DNA of 63,202 nt from a virus (lineage: Duplodnaviria; Caudoviricetes). The notes beneath the pieces were generated by a model, which was given only the letters and a program-made list of their open reading frames with translations, was not told where the DNA came from and did no database searches. A program made the position numbers and the translations under genes. Position 1 is the first letter of the stretch. Every line of letters begins with the position of its first letter. Below, piece after piece: positions 1-9,968 of this stretch. The stretch covers positions 1 to 63,202 of the IMG/VR virus record IMGVR_UViG_3300030329_003706; one strand, written 5' to 3'.

Positions 1-36
1 CCCCTCAATCTTATCTACTAATAATCTACTGGTCAT
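1..36 (-). CDS. 5' fragment of a small tail-fibre/adhesin gene (MTSRLLVDKIEG...), running off the window edge
   Basis: ATG overlaps the stop of 33..494. The N-terminus resembles MSTLSVDTIQGK and MSTLRVDNLRG of neighbouring paralogues. Probably continues into 62637..63202. Confidence 0.7.
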   Translation of the reverse strand, partial: MTSRLLVDKIEG

Positions 37-494
37 ACTATTGTATACACTCCGTTAACTGTAACAGTAGCACTTGAAACTGTAATCGGACCTGCTGATA
101 GTCCATTTGTGCCACTTGGTATTGTTATATCTGCTGTAATACTGTTGCCGTTGGTTCGTATTATACTATTGTTTCCCAGAAAAGGGTAGCGTGTATCTGA
201 TTCTGCTTTGGAGTAACTATTAGCTATTGTGAAAGCATCATAAACAATTATTTCTATAACATCATTAAGAGAAGCTCCTGTTTCCAGTACCATTGTTGTA
301 CCAGAGGTAGCTGTATAATCTGTAGAAGGCTTTAATAATACCCCATTCTGAAACACATCAACATATTCACCATCTGGATAGGAAAGAGAATTTGCATTGG
401 CATCTGACCCACTAAACGAGGTCTGCCCTGCTGTGGCTTGGTATATAAACCTAGTCCTTACTCCTTGATTTGGTGCTTTCCCTATATATGGCAT
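33..494 (-). CDS. Tail fibre-associated virion protein
   Basis: MPYIG N-terminus, VFQNGVLL beta motif and C-terminal SAGPITV motif; paralogous to 3719..4168; lies in the tail cluster. Confidence 0.65.
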   Translation of the reverse strand: MPYIGKAPNQGVRTRFIYQATAGQTSFSGSDANANSLSYPDGEYVDVFQNGVLLKPSTDYTATSGTTMVLETGASLNDVIEIIVYDAFTIANSYSKAESDTRYPFLGNNSIIRTNGNSITADITIPSGTNGLSAGPITVSSATVTVNGVYTIV

Positions 495-1744
495 TAACCG
501 TCCTCTAACTTTTTGATACGAGTTTCTAGTGCATCATTCTTTGCTGATAATTCTTGTATGGCTTTGGTAAGCATTGGTATTAGAAAGGAAGGTGCTAAAC
601 GCTGTCTGCCATCATCATTCTCTGACCAAAACTCATCATAATTTTTTACCTCTGAATGATTATCTAATACTGTCTTTACTTCTTGTGCTATAAAACCGTG
701 ATATAATTCGTCTTTAGCGTTCATAACTCTTGTTGTAGAGTCTTTTACATAAGCTCTGTGGTCTGATGGTATATCTTTCTCCATTTTCCACTTGTAAGTA
801 ACAGGTCTTAAATCATTTATAAACCCAAGTCCTGCTGTAGATGTTTCTATACTTTCTTTATATCTCTGGTCAGAAGGTGCAGAAATAGATGTGCCACCGT
901 TAGATACAGCACTATCTGAAGCTCCTGTACCAAAAGTAAAAGAACTGTTTCCACTTGCTGTCACACTGTTCCCTAAAACAGTTTGGTCAAACGCACCTGT
1001 AGCACTTACATCACATTGATACCCAACAACTGTACATCTGTTTGCTGTAGTGCCAGTATCACCTGCACCAAGCCCAAAAAAACTATTATGTTCGCCTGTT
1101 GTAATAGCACCACCAGAACCATACCCAACAGCAGTATTATTTCTTGCAGTTGAGCTTGCAGTTGTTTGTAATTTTAAAGCACCCCAACCTACGGCAACAT
1201 TATTATTGTCACCCACCATTGTTTTTCCTGCTTCACCACCAATTAATACATTGTTAGTGCCAATAGTAAGGGCGGCTCCTGCTTCATATCCAACAAACAC
1301 ACTTTGCACACCAGTTGTAAGAGCTGTTCCTGCTTCAAAACCTACAGCTACGTTAAGATTGTCAGCATCAGAATTTTGATTTGCTAAAGAAGCATGACCT
1401 ACTGCAACATTTTTACGTCCTGTATCTTCAGCACCTAATGCATCTCTACCAATAGCTACGTTGTTAAATCCTGTAGTTAAAGCATCACCTGCTTGATACC
1501 CTAAAATAGAATTTGCGTATCCTGTATTAACACTTTCTCCTGCTTTATATCCTACTACACTATTATTGTCTCCTGTAGTGATTGCTGTACCTGCTTCATC
1601 CCCTATACAAACATTATAATTACCACCACTTTCGATAGAGTTACCTGCATTTACTCCTCCTATAAAGTTTGAAGTACCTGCTGTATCAGTAGTTATTTCG
1701 TCAACAGCACCTATACCTTTGCCTGTTATTTTAGTTAAAGCCAC
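494..1744 (-). CDS. Tail fibre/spike with YadA-like (N.A.G..A) repeats and C-terminal intramolecular chaperone (peptidase S74-like) domain
   Basis: Repeated NVAIG/NVAVG units, SDQRYKESI autocleavage motif, GFIAQEV motif and terminal coiled coil. Confidence 0.85.
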   Translation of the reverse strand: MALTKITGKGIGAVDEITTDTAGTSNFIGGVNAGNSIESGGNYNVCIGDEAGTAITTGDNNSVVGYKAGESVNTGYANSILGYQAGDALTTGFNNVAIGRDALGAEDTGRKNVAVGHASLANQNSDADNLNVAVGFEAGTALTTGVQSVFVGYEAGAALTIGTNNVLIGGEAGKTMVGDNNNVAVGWGALKLQTTASSTARNNTAVGYGSGGAITTGEHNSFFGLGAGDTGTTANRCTVVGYQCDVSATGAFDQTVLGNSVTASGNSSFTFGTGASDSAVSNGGTSISAPSDQRYKESIETSTAGLGFINDLRPVTYKWKMEKDIPSDHRAYVKDSTTRVMNAKDELYHGFIAQEVKTVLDNHSEVKNYDEFWSENDDGRQRLAPSFLIPMLTKAIQELSAKNDALETRIKKLEDG

Positions 1745-1753
1745 TTCTTACTC

Positions 1754-2164
1754 CTATGGTTTACTTGGAAAGGTTACACTACTCATGTCTAATTGACCAT
1801 TACTATCTAGCTTTGGGTCGGAACTTGCAGGTAAATCTCTAAGCTGTTGTCTATACGTTTTCATGTTATTTGACATAGTTACATCGCCTAACGCTGTCCA
1901 ATCGGTTTCTGCTAGTAATCTATCTCTTTCTACACGAAGTAATCGCATCGGTTCACGGCTTTGTAGTAACGTCTTTTCACCTGATACCTGCTCCCAAGTC
2001 ACACCCCAGTCTTTAGGGTCTGCACTTTCTATAGCTGTGCCACTACTATCTGCTCCTGTGACTTTGCGAAACATAGAGTTAAACTCATCTTCGCTTGTAG
2101 GTTCTCCCCTCAGTACCCATTCTTTAATTCCTAAACTCGTTAATGCTGTTGCTATTGTTGTCAT
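1754..2164 (-). CDS. Tail fibre assembly chaperone-like protein
   Basis: R..RDRLLAETDW...YRQQLRDLP motif. Confidence 0.75.
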   Translation of the reverse strand: MTTIATALTSLGIKEWVLRGEPTSEDEFNSMFRKVTGADSSGTAIESADPKDWGVTWEQVSGEKTLLQSREPMRLLRVERDRLLAETDWTALGDVTMSNNMKTYRQQLRDLPASSDPKLDSNGQLDMSSVTFPSKP

Positions 2165-2673
2165 TGTGCTATCTCCTGTAAAACCATTGTTGACTTTGTA
2201 TCTCCGTTGAGAGCATTATAGTTATTCCAAAATACTGTTCCTGCACTATTTTGTAGCAAATATATTTGGTAGACAATGGAGCTTGTTGAACCTGCTGTTT
2301 CATAATAGTGATACGAATTTGAATACGTTCCGTAATGAGCTTCATCACCTGCTGTGGTATAACCCATTGTGCTTTGAAACCTATGTACGCTAGAAGCACC
2401 TGCTCCACCAATATCTTTATAAAGTTCTTGTATACAATGTCTACCAGTTGAACTCATATACATTCCGTTGAGGCTGACCTGAACTAAGATTTTACTAGTG
2501 CTGAATTTAGGTGTTATCGTAGCTGTAACTGGAATTGAAAAGGCAGATGTACTGGTTGAACTCCCATACGTTTCATATTCCGAATAAACAGTTTGAATTA
2601 CTACACCAGCAGGGAAAGCCACTGTTCCTGCTGTTGTCTTACCCTGTATGGTGTCTACTGAGAGTGTACTCAT
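2161..2673 (-). CDS. Small tail fibre/adhesin protein
   Basis: MSTLSVDTIQG N-terminus, ITPKFSTSKILV and terminal QEIAQ; paralogue of 2670..3164 and 62637..63185. Confidence 0.65.
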   Translation of the reverse strand: MSTLSVDTIQGKTTAGTVAFPAGVVIQTVYSEYETYGSSTSTSAFSIPVTATITPKFSTSKILVQVSLNGMYMSSTGRHCIQELYKDIGGAGASSVHRFQSTMGYTTAGDEAHYGTYSNSYHYYETAGSTSSIVYQIYLLQNSAGTVFWNNYNALNGDTKSTMVLQEIAQ

Positions 2674-3164
2674 TGGGCAATCTCCATAGCTGTGATGTTA
2701 ACCAATCCTGATGATTGCTGACCTACGTTTACTTGATTTGTGTTATAACTTTTTAATTGTCCTTTATATATACAAGTATCTGTTGTTGCAGGAGAATCTA
2801 AAAAACTATAAGACATAGAACACATAAATTCTTGAGTAGTAGGGGTTGTTATTCCTTGTCTGTCTGCAACTTGACAAACATCTGAAAAAGAGCCACCATT
2901 TATGTTTCTTACAATTTTTAGATAAAGTGAATTTGCCGCATCAGTATTAGTAACAAAAGTATCTGGAAAATTTGCAACAATCAAAACTTTACTAGTGGTA
3001 TATAATGGAGTAATGGTAACACTCATTCCACTTATATCAGCATAAGATGTCGAGGTTGATTGTGTTCTTGCACCACTAGAAGAACCATTTACAACCTGCA
3101 CCACATACCTATTCGTGCCATCTGCTGTCTGTCCTCGTAAGTTGTCTACTCTTAATGTACTCAT
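2670..3164 (-). CDS. Small tail fibre/adhesin protein
   Basis: ITPLYTTSKVLI and terminal MEIAQ, shared with 2161..2673. Confidence 0.65.
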   Translation of the reverse strand: MSTLRVDNLRGQTADGTNRYVVQVVNGSSSGARTQSTSTSYADISGMSVTITPLYTTSKVLIVANFPDTFVTNTDAANSLYLKIVRNINGGSFSDVCQVADRQGITTPTTQEFMCSMSYSFLDSPATTDTCIYKGQLKSYNTNQVNVGQQSSGLVNITAMEIAQ

Positions 3165-3167
3165 TGT

Positions 3168-3722
3168 TTATCCTAAAAATGTAACATTAAAGTAAAAGTA
3201 TCGTTGTTCGTCATCAGAAGGGTGTGTTACTGTGTCTGATTGTGTTCTCATCATTGAAGCTACTGATTTACCTGCTATTAAATGTTTACAAAAATGTATA
3301 CCACCAGTTATATCCTGCTTCTCTGCAAAATTCCAAAGTGTTGTAAGACCTTGATTACTATCATTACTATCCCCTGTAACAACTCCTAAACCTATATAAT
3401 CACCTACTGTTTCAGCATATCCAAACCATAGATTAATCATATAAAGTCCTGATATGGGTACAGTAAATATTCCAGTCGAATTGTCATAATGATTTCCATA
3501 ATTTTCAGTAACAGTAGAAAAATTTCTCATAAGTTTCCAATTAGAATCAAGGGCTGAACCATTAATAGTTGGACCTGCACTTGCGTTATCTGATGTAGCT
3601 GAAAACCCTAATGCAAAAAAATGAGGTCTTGCAGTTGTAGTTAATAAACGTCCACTACTATCTATTGTCTGAGCCGTAGTGCCATTGGTGTGCTTTATAT
3701 TTTGTACTAGAAGATTGCTCAT
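3168..3722 (-). CDS. Tail adhesin with C1q-like domain
   Basis: YDNSTGIFTVPISGLY motif; close paralogue of 61345..61890. Confidence 0.7.
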   Translation of the reverse strand: MSNLLVQNIKHTNGTTAQTIDSSGRLLTTTARPHFFALGFSATSDNASAGPTINGSALDSNWKLMRNFSTVTENYGNHYDNSTGIFTVPISGLYMINLWFGYAETVGDYIGLGVVTGDSNDSNQGLTTLWNFAEKQDITGGIHFCKHLIAGKSVASMMRTQSDTVTHPSDDEQRYFYFNVTFLG

Positions 3723-4168
3723 ATTATTGCTAGATTACCTCCAGAGTTTACTGTGATGGTTATACCAGAAGATACTGTCAAAGGTCCTGTGGCTGTGGCA
3801 TTCTCTGTTGCCTCTATCGTTGTGTCCACATCTACAGTTTGTGAGTTAACTCTAAACATACCACCATTCTTAAAGTTGCCTTTGTTCTGTGTGGGTATCG
3901 TAATACTTGTATCTGTTGCACCAAGATACATAACAAAGATATTGCCTGTACCACTTGATGGAGCGGCTGTAAATGTAAGATTTGTGCCATTTGGCACTGT
4001 AAATGCGTCTACACTCTCCTGTATTACACCGTCAACGCTTACTACGATATCTTCTTGGGCAACAGTCTGGTTTAACGTAAAGACCGTTGTAGAGCCATCT
4101 CCGTTGAATTCCTGCGTGGCAGGTCTTGACGAAAAACTAGAACCAACTTGACTTCCTATGTATGCCAT
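3719..4168 (-). CDS. Tail fibre-associated virion protein
   Basis: FNGDGSTTVFTL, VSVDGVIQ and LTFTAAP motifs; paralogue of 33..494. Confidence 0.65.
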   Translation of the reverse strand: MAYIGSQVGSSFSSRPATQEFNGDGSTTVFTLNQTVAQEDIVVSVDGVIQESVDAFTVPNGTNLTFTAAPSSGTGNIFVMYLGATDTSITIPTQNKGNFKNGGMFRVNSQTVDVDTTIEATENATATGPLTVSSGITITVNSGGNLAII

Positions 4169-4497
4169 TATGCGATCTCCATTATACTTGCTACTGTATC
4201 CATGCTATTTGCCGTATTAGATGACACTTGTAACGTATGACCTGCCTCCATAATAATTTTGTTTCCTGCCATGTATTCAAATGACGATCCAGAAGGTATC
4301 GGTATATTTTTAGCAAGAAACACATTAGCACCTGCACTAAGTTTAATATCGGCTGTTATTTGGCTTGTTGTCGTATTGGCTAACGTCAACCCTATAACAA
4401 CCGTAGTTGTACTTGAAGGCACAGTGTACACATTCATTGTTGCATCGGCTATGGTACTTGAACCATCGAATACTTTATTTTTAAAGGTATTAGCCAT
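4168..4497 (-). CDS. Virion structural protein (tail region)
   Basis: Beta-rich MANTFK...YTVPSSTTTVVIGL protein, translationally coupled within the tail operon. Confidence 0.55.
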   Translation of the reverse strand: MANTFKNKVFDGSSTIADATMNVYTVPSSTTTVVIGLTLANTTTSQITADIKLSAGANVFLAKNIPIPSGSSFEYMAGNKIIMEAGHTLQVSSNTANSMDTVASIMEIA

Positions 4498-4508
4498 TTA
4501 TTTATCCT

Positions 4509-4979
4509 TTATACGCTCACATCATGCAACAGAGCCGCCACTAAACAAGTTGCTGACGCATCTCCTACTCCATCTAAATCTGAGCTAATTGCGTGTAAAT
4601 CGGCAACTGTCACACTAGGTAATCTCCCAAACCATGTTTGAGAAGGTCCGATATATATACCGTCTGCTAAGTTATAAGCCGCCGTTCCTGCATCAATAGA
4701 CAGCATTATGCCATCTGTGGAGCTTTGATTTTGAACTAGAAGAAACTTTACTTGATCCCCTGATGCAACTGCTTCCATACCACTTCCTACGGTAACGGCA
4801 GTATAATCTATATAGTTTCCTGAAATTAAATCTGTGCTAGTGGTGGTTACAGTAGTTTTTTTGAAGTACCACTTCTCGTCATCTCCTGCAGGGGTAACTG
4901 TCATTGTACCTGATATTGTTTTCGCAATCTCATCGGGCAATATAGTTGCTGAGATTGTTACTGTTGCGTCATTTGCCAT
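4509..4979 (-). CDS. Putative virion structural protein
   Basis: AGGAG RBS; position in the structural operon. Confidence 0.5.
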   Translation of the reverse strand: MANDATVTISATILPDEIAKTISGTMTVTPAGDDEKWYFKKTTVTTTSTDLISGNYIDYTAVTVGSGMEAVASGDQVKFLLVQNQSSTDGIMLSIDAGTAAYNLADGIYIGPSQTWFGRLPSVTVADLHAISSDLDGVGDASATCLVAALLHDVSV

Positions 4980-4994
4980 ATCTATTCTCCTTTA

Positions 4995-6512
4995 CTATCC
5001 AAGGGCAATCGCTAATGCTGTCGGGTCGTCTTTAGAAAACCCCTCACTGGTCATAAATGTAGTTACCACACTCATATCCATTCTCTTAATTGTACCTGCA
5101 TCACTTACAAGTAACTCATCTGTACTCGCTAAACCAGAAGCTAACTCCGTTTGACTACTAATTACATTGTCATTCAGCATTGAAGCCTCTACTGCATCTG
5201 CCTGTATTGTTGTTGCTCCAGTAGAAGCTATACCTACATCTCCAGACATTGCTACTTCTTCATAACTTGCACCATCACCAACCAGTATTTTACCAGACGT
5301 TACATCTGGCAATATTATCTTACTTACAGTTGTTTCACCAAAAACTGCGTTCCCTACAGTTCCACTAAATACTTCAGAAGAATTTGTAGCATCAGGAATA
5401 ACGGTAAACGCTGTAGCACTGTCGTCATATCCAAAGAACCCAATTTTAGCGGCAGAGCCGTTGTGCCATCTAAACTCAATACCTCTATCTTTATTATCGT
5501 CACTTCCAGGTGCTGTGTCTCCACCAAGAGTAAAGATTGGGTCATCTACTGTAGTCGTAGTGCTATTTATTGTTGTAGTTGTGCCATTAACTGTCAGAGT
5601 TCCTCCTATAGTAACATTATCAGTTACTGTAACACTGTCTACATAAGCATCTTTAAACCTAACACCAGTTGTCCCCAAATCAACATCACTATCTGTTTCT
5701 GGACCTAATATACCGTCTGCCACATACACTTGCTCTGCATTGGAAGCATAGAAATGTATTTCATCGGCTGTTTCAAAGTCTATTTTTGTCTGGTCGTCTT
5801 CACCAATCTTTATATCCGTAGCCAATAAAGAAGTTATACCTGTTTGAGCCGCATCTACTGTAATAGTTAAATCATAAGGATCACCATCTGTACCATTATC
5901 TGTATCTGTCCAGTTTGTTGTAACGCCTGATCCAATTATCTTAACTTCTTTGCTCTCGGTTATCTGTACTTCAGTACCATCATCATCCTCTAAATAAAAC
6001 CCATCTCCCATGCTTTGTTGGTTGTCTACATAGGCTTTTACGGATTGCTGACTCGGTATGCCTGTGGCACTGTTGGAAGACATATCATCTTCATCTACAA
6101 AACTCTTACCACTTAGAATATTTAATTCTGCGGCAGTGGAGGAGACAGCCGTACTATTTATTTTTAAGGAAGGAACATCTACTGCGTTAGAAGCATCTTT
6201 AATCACCATCTTACTAGCAGGTATAGTTATAAATACGTCTTTTGTTCCTGCACCTAAGTTAACAGCACTATTACTGTTTGAACTAGCTATAATTGTTGTT
6301 CTCGCTAAAGTGGTTCCAGATGAGGTAAATGTACCTAAACCAACCTCAAAAGCACCATTAGTATTATCAACAATCGCATAATAAGTAGTATCTGAATTAG
6401 ACAGGTTTGCAGTAAAAGTTTCAAAATTACTTACAGCACCACCAAGAGCTATTGTTCCTGTACCTGTGGTGACTGTAGTTTCTCGTACTCTATCTGCGAT
6501 TGTTAGTGCCAT
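4995..6512 (-). CDS. Tail fibre protein
   Basis: ADRVRETT.TTGTG N-terminal anchor; Thr/Ser/Gly-rich; SQQSVKAYVD motif; C-terminal ALAIALG. Confidence 0.75.
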   Translation of the reverse strand: MALTIADRVRETTVTTGTGTIALGGAVSNFETFTANLSNSDTTYYAIVDNTNGAFEVGLGTFTSSGTTLARTTIIASSNSNSAVNLGAGTKDVFITIPASKMVIKDASNAVDVPSLKINSTAVSSTAAELNILSGKSFVDEDDMSSNSATGIPSQQSVKAYVDNQQSMGDGFYLEDDDGTEVQITESKEVKIIGSGVTTNWTDTDNGTDGDPYDLTITVDAAQTGITSLLATDIKIGEDDQTKIDFETADEIHFYASNAEQVYVADGILGPETDSDVDLGTTGVRFKDAYVDSVTVTDNVTIGGTLTVNGTTTTINSTTTTVDDPIFTLGGDTAPGSDDNKDRGIEFRWHNGSAAKIGFFGYDDSATAFTVIPDATNSSEVFSGTVGNAVFGETTVSKIILPDVTSGKILVGDGASYEEVAMSGDVGIASTGATTIQADAVEASMLNDNVISSQTELASGLASTDELLVSDAGTIKRMDMSVVTTFMTSEGFSKDDPTALAIALG

Positions 6513-6985
6513 TATGCTATCCTTATTATTGCGTTACTTGCATCTGCTGTTGGGAAAGTTACCGTGAAATCTCCCGAAGAAGAGGATTTATCTGATCCAA
6601 AATCTAATACACATACAGCAGGATTGGTTAAACTTGACCCCCCTTTATCATTAGCACTTGGGGTACTATTATAAATCAAAGCTCCCCTTGCATTAGAAAT
6701 AGTAGAACTACCCCATGTTTCATTATCAAATGTTACAAAAGCAGTTGTTCCACTCGTATTGGGGTAAGTAGCACTTGTTAAAGCAAGTGATCCTCCTCCT
6801 GCGGTGTAGTTTGTACCTGAACATTCATTACTTGAGCTGTATGCTGTTGTATCAGCGTTTAAAGTCGCACTATTTGTATATAGGGCAATTTTAAATGTAT
6901 CACCTCCAGAATAATGAAAATCATGCACTGCTAATAAAAGCTCTTGCTTAAAAGATGTACACATAAAATTTCCGTCAAAAGCCAT
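6512..6985 (-). CDS. Virion structural (tail) protein
   Basis: CTSFKQELL...DTFKIALY...YTAGG...ARGALIYN pattern typical of phage structural proteins. Confidence 0.65.
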   Translation of the reverse strand: MAFDGNFMCTSFKQELLLAVHDFHYSGGDTFKIALYTNSATLNADTTAYSSSNECSGTNYTAGGGSLALTSATYPNTSGTTAFVTFDNETWGSSTISNARGALIYNSTPSANDKGGSSLTNPAVCVLDFGSDKSSSSGDFTVTFPTADASNAIIRIA

Positions 6986-7269
6986 TACATTCTCCTTATT
7001 TGTTCAGCAAGTTTTTCATAACCTGCGTCTTTTATAGCATTATATATCGTAGTTCTGTCCGATATTATAGCCTCTTTCATAAAAAAAGTTATCGTTTTTT
7101 CTAAAGCCTCTCTAAACGCTCTTGCCTGTTCTTGTATTTCAGGAGGAGCATTATCTCCAATAGATATAATTCTATCCACACAACGAGCCGCAACCTCTTC
7201 TGGTGTAAACCCTCTATTATTAGTTGTATGTACTTCTACAATGGGTGTCTTTGGAAGTTCCATTAGCAT
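6985..7269 (-). CDS. Hypothetical phage protein
   Basis: Coupled ORF within the structural operon. Confidence 0.55.
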   Translation of the reverse strand: MLMELPKTPIVEVHTTNNRGFTPEEVAARCVDRIISIGDNAPPEIQEQARAFREALEKTITFFMKEAIISDRTTIYNAIKDAGYEKLAEQIRRM

Positions 7270-7919
7270 TATTGTTTACCTCTTAAAACTAATCCTGTTC
7301 TATACGCATCTGTTGATTCTTTGGATTCACCAAAACTTTTTAACCCTCCTACAGCTTCTACAAATCTTTGATTATAGTTTTGTAACACATCTGGTTCGCC
7401 TTTCATAAAAGTATACGCCTCTATTAAGCTACCATACAACATTGCGTTAGGAGCATTTGTGCTTAACCATGTTGTACCAGAATCACTTCCTGCTGTTAAA
7501 CTAGCAGGTCTGTAAAAATAATGTATCTCTACGGCATAAGTGCTATTAGGAGTAGGTGCGATTATAAAGTTATCATTGTCGTAATGGGCGTAATATTTAG
7601 GTGATCCTGTGGTAGAAGAGTTAGGGTTTACCGTCTGTATAAAGTTTACATCTTTATAATCTAAAAACACTTTTTCACTGCTAGAATTCGTAAAACTTAA
7701 TGAAAAAGGAGCCAGAAAATCACTGGGACAACCTAAATATTGATTACTTGATGTAAACGCCGCCGTCGCATTCTTACGAAAAACACTTAATTGGACATTC
7801 TTTAAAATACGCTCTTCAGCCTGCTTTATAAAAACAGATAAATTATTGGTGAATGTCGTTTCCGAATTTTCAGTGTAGTCTTGGATAGCTGTTTTTAAAG
7901 TGGCATATGTAAAACTCAT
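7269..7919 (-). CDS. Head-tail adaptor / tail tubular A-like protein
   Basis: LKTAIQDY...FIKQAE.RI, G.PKYY, APTPNSTY and LYGSLIEA motifs. Confidence 0.65.
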   Translation of the reverse strand: MSFTYATLKTAIQDYTENSETTFTNNLSVFIKQAEERILKNVQLSVFRKNATAAFTSSNQYLGCPSDFLAPFSLSFTNSSSEKVFLDYKDVNFIQTVNPNSSTTGSPKYYAHYDNDNFIIAPTPNSTYAVEIHYFYRPASLTAGSDSGTTWLSTNAPNAMLYGSLIEAYTFMKGEPDVLQNYNQRFVEAVGGLKSFGESKESTDAYRTGLVLRGKQ

Positions 7920-8230
7920 GGTGTACTCACCGTTACTGTTCCAACACTTGCAGTTACTTCAAAAGCTGTAAGTGATGTACCTATAATACCCTCTTTATAA
8001 TTTGTGTACACAGCAAAATCTGAAGTTTCTACATCATTATCTGAACGTGCATCAAACAGGGCTTCAGGATCGACTTTTTTCTGACGAGGTTCTAATTGTG
8101 GGTGCTTTATTTCAAAGCATTCAGGACAAACTTTTAAGTTATTCCACTCTTTGCGTAATTGCATATAAGGATACTCAAACCCACACCTATCACACATTCC
8201 TTTAGACTTTTTACCAATAGCATAATTCAT
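7916..8230 (-). CDS. Zn-ribbon phage protein
   Basis: CDRCG...VCPEC..KHPQL. Confidence 0.6.
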   Translation of the reverse strand: MNYAIGKKSKGMCDRCGFEYPYMQLRKEWNNLKVCPECFEIKHPQLEPRQKKVDPEALFDARSDNDVETSDFAVYTNYKEGIIGTSLTAFEVTASVGTVTVSTP

Positions 8231-8907
8231 GTTATAAACGTATAGTAATCCCTACTTGGAGTTAAACTTAAACTTGCTCTATCTCTATCTTCAGCGGCGG
8301 CTCTTTCAAATTCTTCTTCATAAACGGCTTTTAATACTTGAATTCTTTCAGGTGCTTTCTTTAGAGCTATGTAATAAGCTAATCCTGCAGATAAACAAGG
8401 ATAAAATCTAAAAGGAACATCTAAAGTGTTTGTAAAAGTATCTGCATCATCTATTCTTGTTAATCTATCATACACAATAGTATAAGTATCATCAGGAGTG
8501 GGATAAAGCTTTATAGAAGGTGTTACTTGTCTATCTACATAATACTGAGTGGGTTTAGCTTGAGTATTTTTACTGGGTATGGCTAAATACGCATCTCGAC
8601 TTATTCTTGTTAAAGCAGTGTCTGATTGGCTAGTTCCTGTTCCTGTTCTTACAACAGCACTTAATACATCAATAGTATCTGCTCCTAAACTATAAGATAA
8701 AGTCCCCGAACTAGTCGTGGTTGAAGTTTGGGCTATTGTCCAACGATTCAAACCACGATTAGCCCAGTCAGCTAGCAACAGATTAAGAGACCTTTTAGCG
8801 GTTTTTAAATCATAGCCTGTACGAACCTCAAGACCACATCTTTCAAATGCTTCTTCTATATAATCCGCTACATCTAACTCAAAATCTGTGGATCCTGATA
8901 CTGCCAT
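8227..8907 (-). CDS. Head-tail connector/adaptor protein
   Basis: IEEAFERCG, ARRS-like LNLL..DWANRG, PTQYY and LYPTPD motifs. Confidence 0.65.
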   Translation of the reverse strand: MAVSGSTDFELDVADYIEEAFERCGLEVRTGYDLKTAKRSLNLLLADWANRGLNRWTIAQTSTTTSSGTLSYSLGADTIDVLSAVVRTGTGTSQSDTALTRISRDAYLAIPSKNTQAKPTQYYVDRQVTPSIKLYPTPDDTYTIVYDRLTRIDDADTFTNTLDVPFRFYPCLSAGLAYYIALKKAPERIQVLKAVYEEEFERAAAEDRDRASLSLTPSRDYYTFIT

Positions 8908-8915
8908 AATTCATC

Positions 8916-9173
8916 CTAACTGTGTGGTCCTTTTATAAGTTTGCCCTTTAAATATTTAAGAGCTTTTATTGGGCTAATACGACCTTCCTGTACCGCTATG
9001 GATCTTTTTGTCATATCCTCTGGCGTTGTTCCTGACTTAAATTTTTGGCGTTTTTTCATCATACCACCACCCATTTTTTTGGGTCTTCCTACTTTACTTC
9101 CATATGTTCCTGGTCCTTTTGGCATTTTACCTCCTTTTGTTATTTGATTCTCTATTTTGCCACGAGTAATCAC
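8916..9173 (-). CDS. Small basic protein (true start possibly at MPKGPG)
   Basis: Lys/Gly-rich; GGAGG lies upstream of the second Met. Confidence 0.45.
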   Translation of the reverse strand: MITRGKIENQITKGGKMPKGPGTYGSKVGRPKKMGGGMMKKRQKFKSGTTPEDMTKRSIAVQEGRISPIKALKYLKGKLIKGPHS

Positions 9174-9179
9174 AGCACA

Positions 9180-9338
9180 CTAAAACAATCGTTCTACACC
9201 TGAAGCAATGACAATCAAAACCGCTAGACCCCACATTCGCATATCGAGTTTATCCAAAGTTTTTTCTATTTTGGCATACCTTCGATTACACTCTTCTTCA
9301 TGCTTTTCTAGCAGTTTTAATATATCACTTGTTTTCAT
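9180..9338 (-). CDS. 52-aa coiled-coil plus C-terminal TM protein, not in the ORF track
   Basis: Hand translation MKTSDILKLLEKHEEECNRRYAKIEKTLDKLDMRMWGLAVLIVIASGVERLF; fills the gap in the operon. Confidence 0.65.
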   Translation of the reverse strand: MKTSDILKLLEKHEEECNRRYAKIEKTLDKLDMRMWGLAVLIVIASGVERLF

Positions 9339-9344
9339 TCTAAC

Positions 9345-9947
9345 CTACGCATAAAAGAACGTCATCATATCCGCAACATCAACGGTGTATTGAACACTCA
9401 TACCACTTGCAAATAGCACTCCTTGCTCAGGAATAGTTCTATCAGTAGCTGTATTAGCTGTACCTATAGTTCTTGCTTTAAACAAGACCGTACCATCTTC
9501 AGGAGCACCGTCATAAAAAGAAACTGTGCCTGCTGTACCACCTGAAATAATGGACATGCCCTTTAACCGAACACGAGCACCATCTCCTACAGCCTGAGCA
9601 CAAAGAGTACCCGAACCAACTGTTATGTTCGCCGCATATTGTGCAGAACATTCAACTGCGGATACAGTCAAGAAATACTTAGTTCCTGCAACAGTTTCTG
9701 CTGAACTAGTTGATGTTATAACTTCCGTCATAGCATCACCAAAAACATCTGTACCTGTGATAGTGCAGGTTTTTCCATTATCGCCTGTTCCTGCGGTTGT
9801 CACAGTTACGTTTCTTGCCGCTCCTCCTGCATGAGTAGTCGCCGCCATAGTTGCTGAAGTGTCGGGTCGTGCCGCAGTCACTAAACGATCAGCATCTGCG
9901 GCATTTTCATCGTTAATGGTTAGAGCTTTTACGTCTGAACCTGCCAT
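9345..9947 (-). CDS. Virion structural protein
   Basis: Ala/Thr/Gly-rich; downstream of the capsid gene. Confidence 0.55.
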   Translation of the reverse strand: MAGSDVKALTINDENAADADRLVTAARPDTSATMAATTHAGGAARNVTVTTAGTGDNGKTCTITGTDVFGDAMTEVITSTSSAETVAGTKYFLTVSAVECSAQYAANITVGSGTLCAQAVGDGARVRLKGMSIISGGTAGTVSFYDGAPEDGTVLFKARTIGTANTATDRTIPEQGVLFASGMSVQYTVDVADMMTFFYA

Positions 9948-9968
9948 ATCAATTTCCCCTATTTAAAA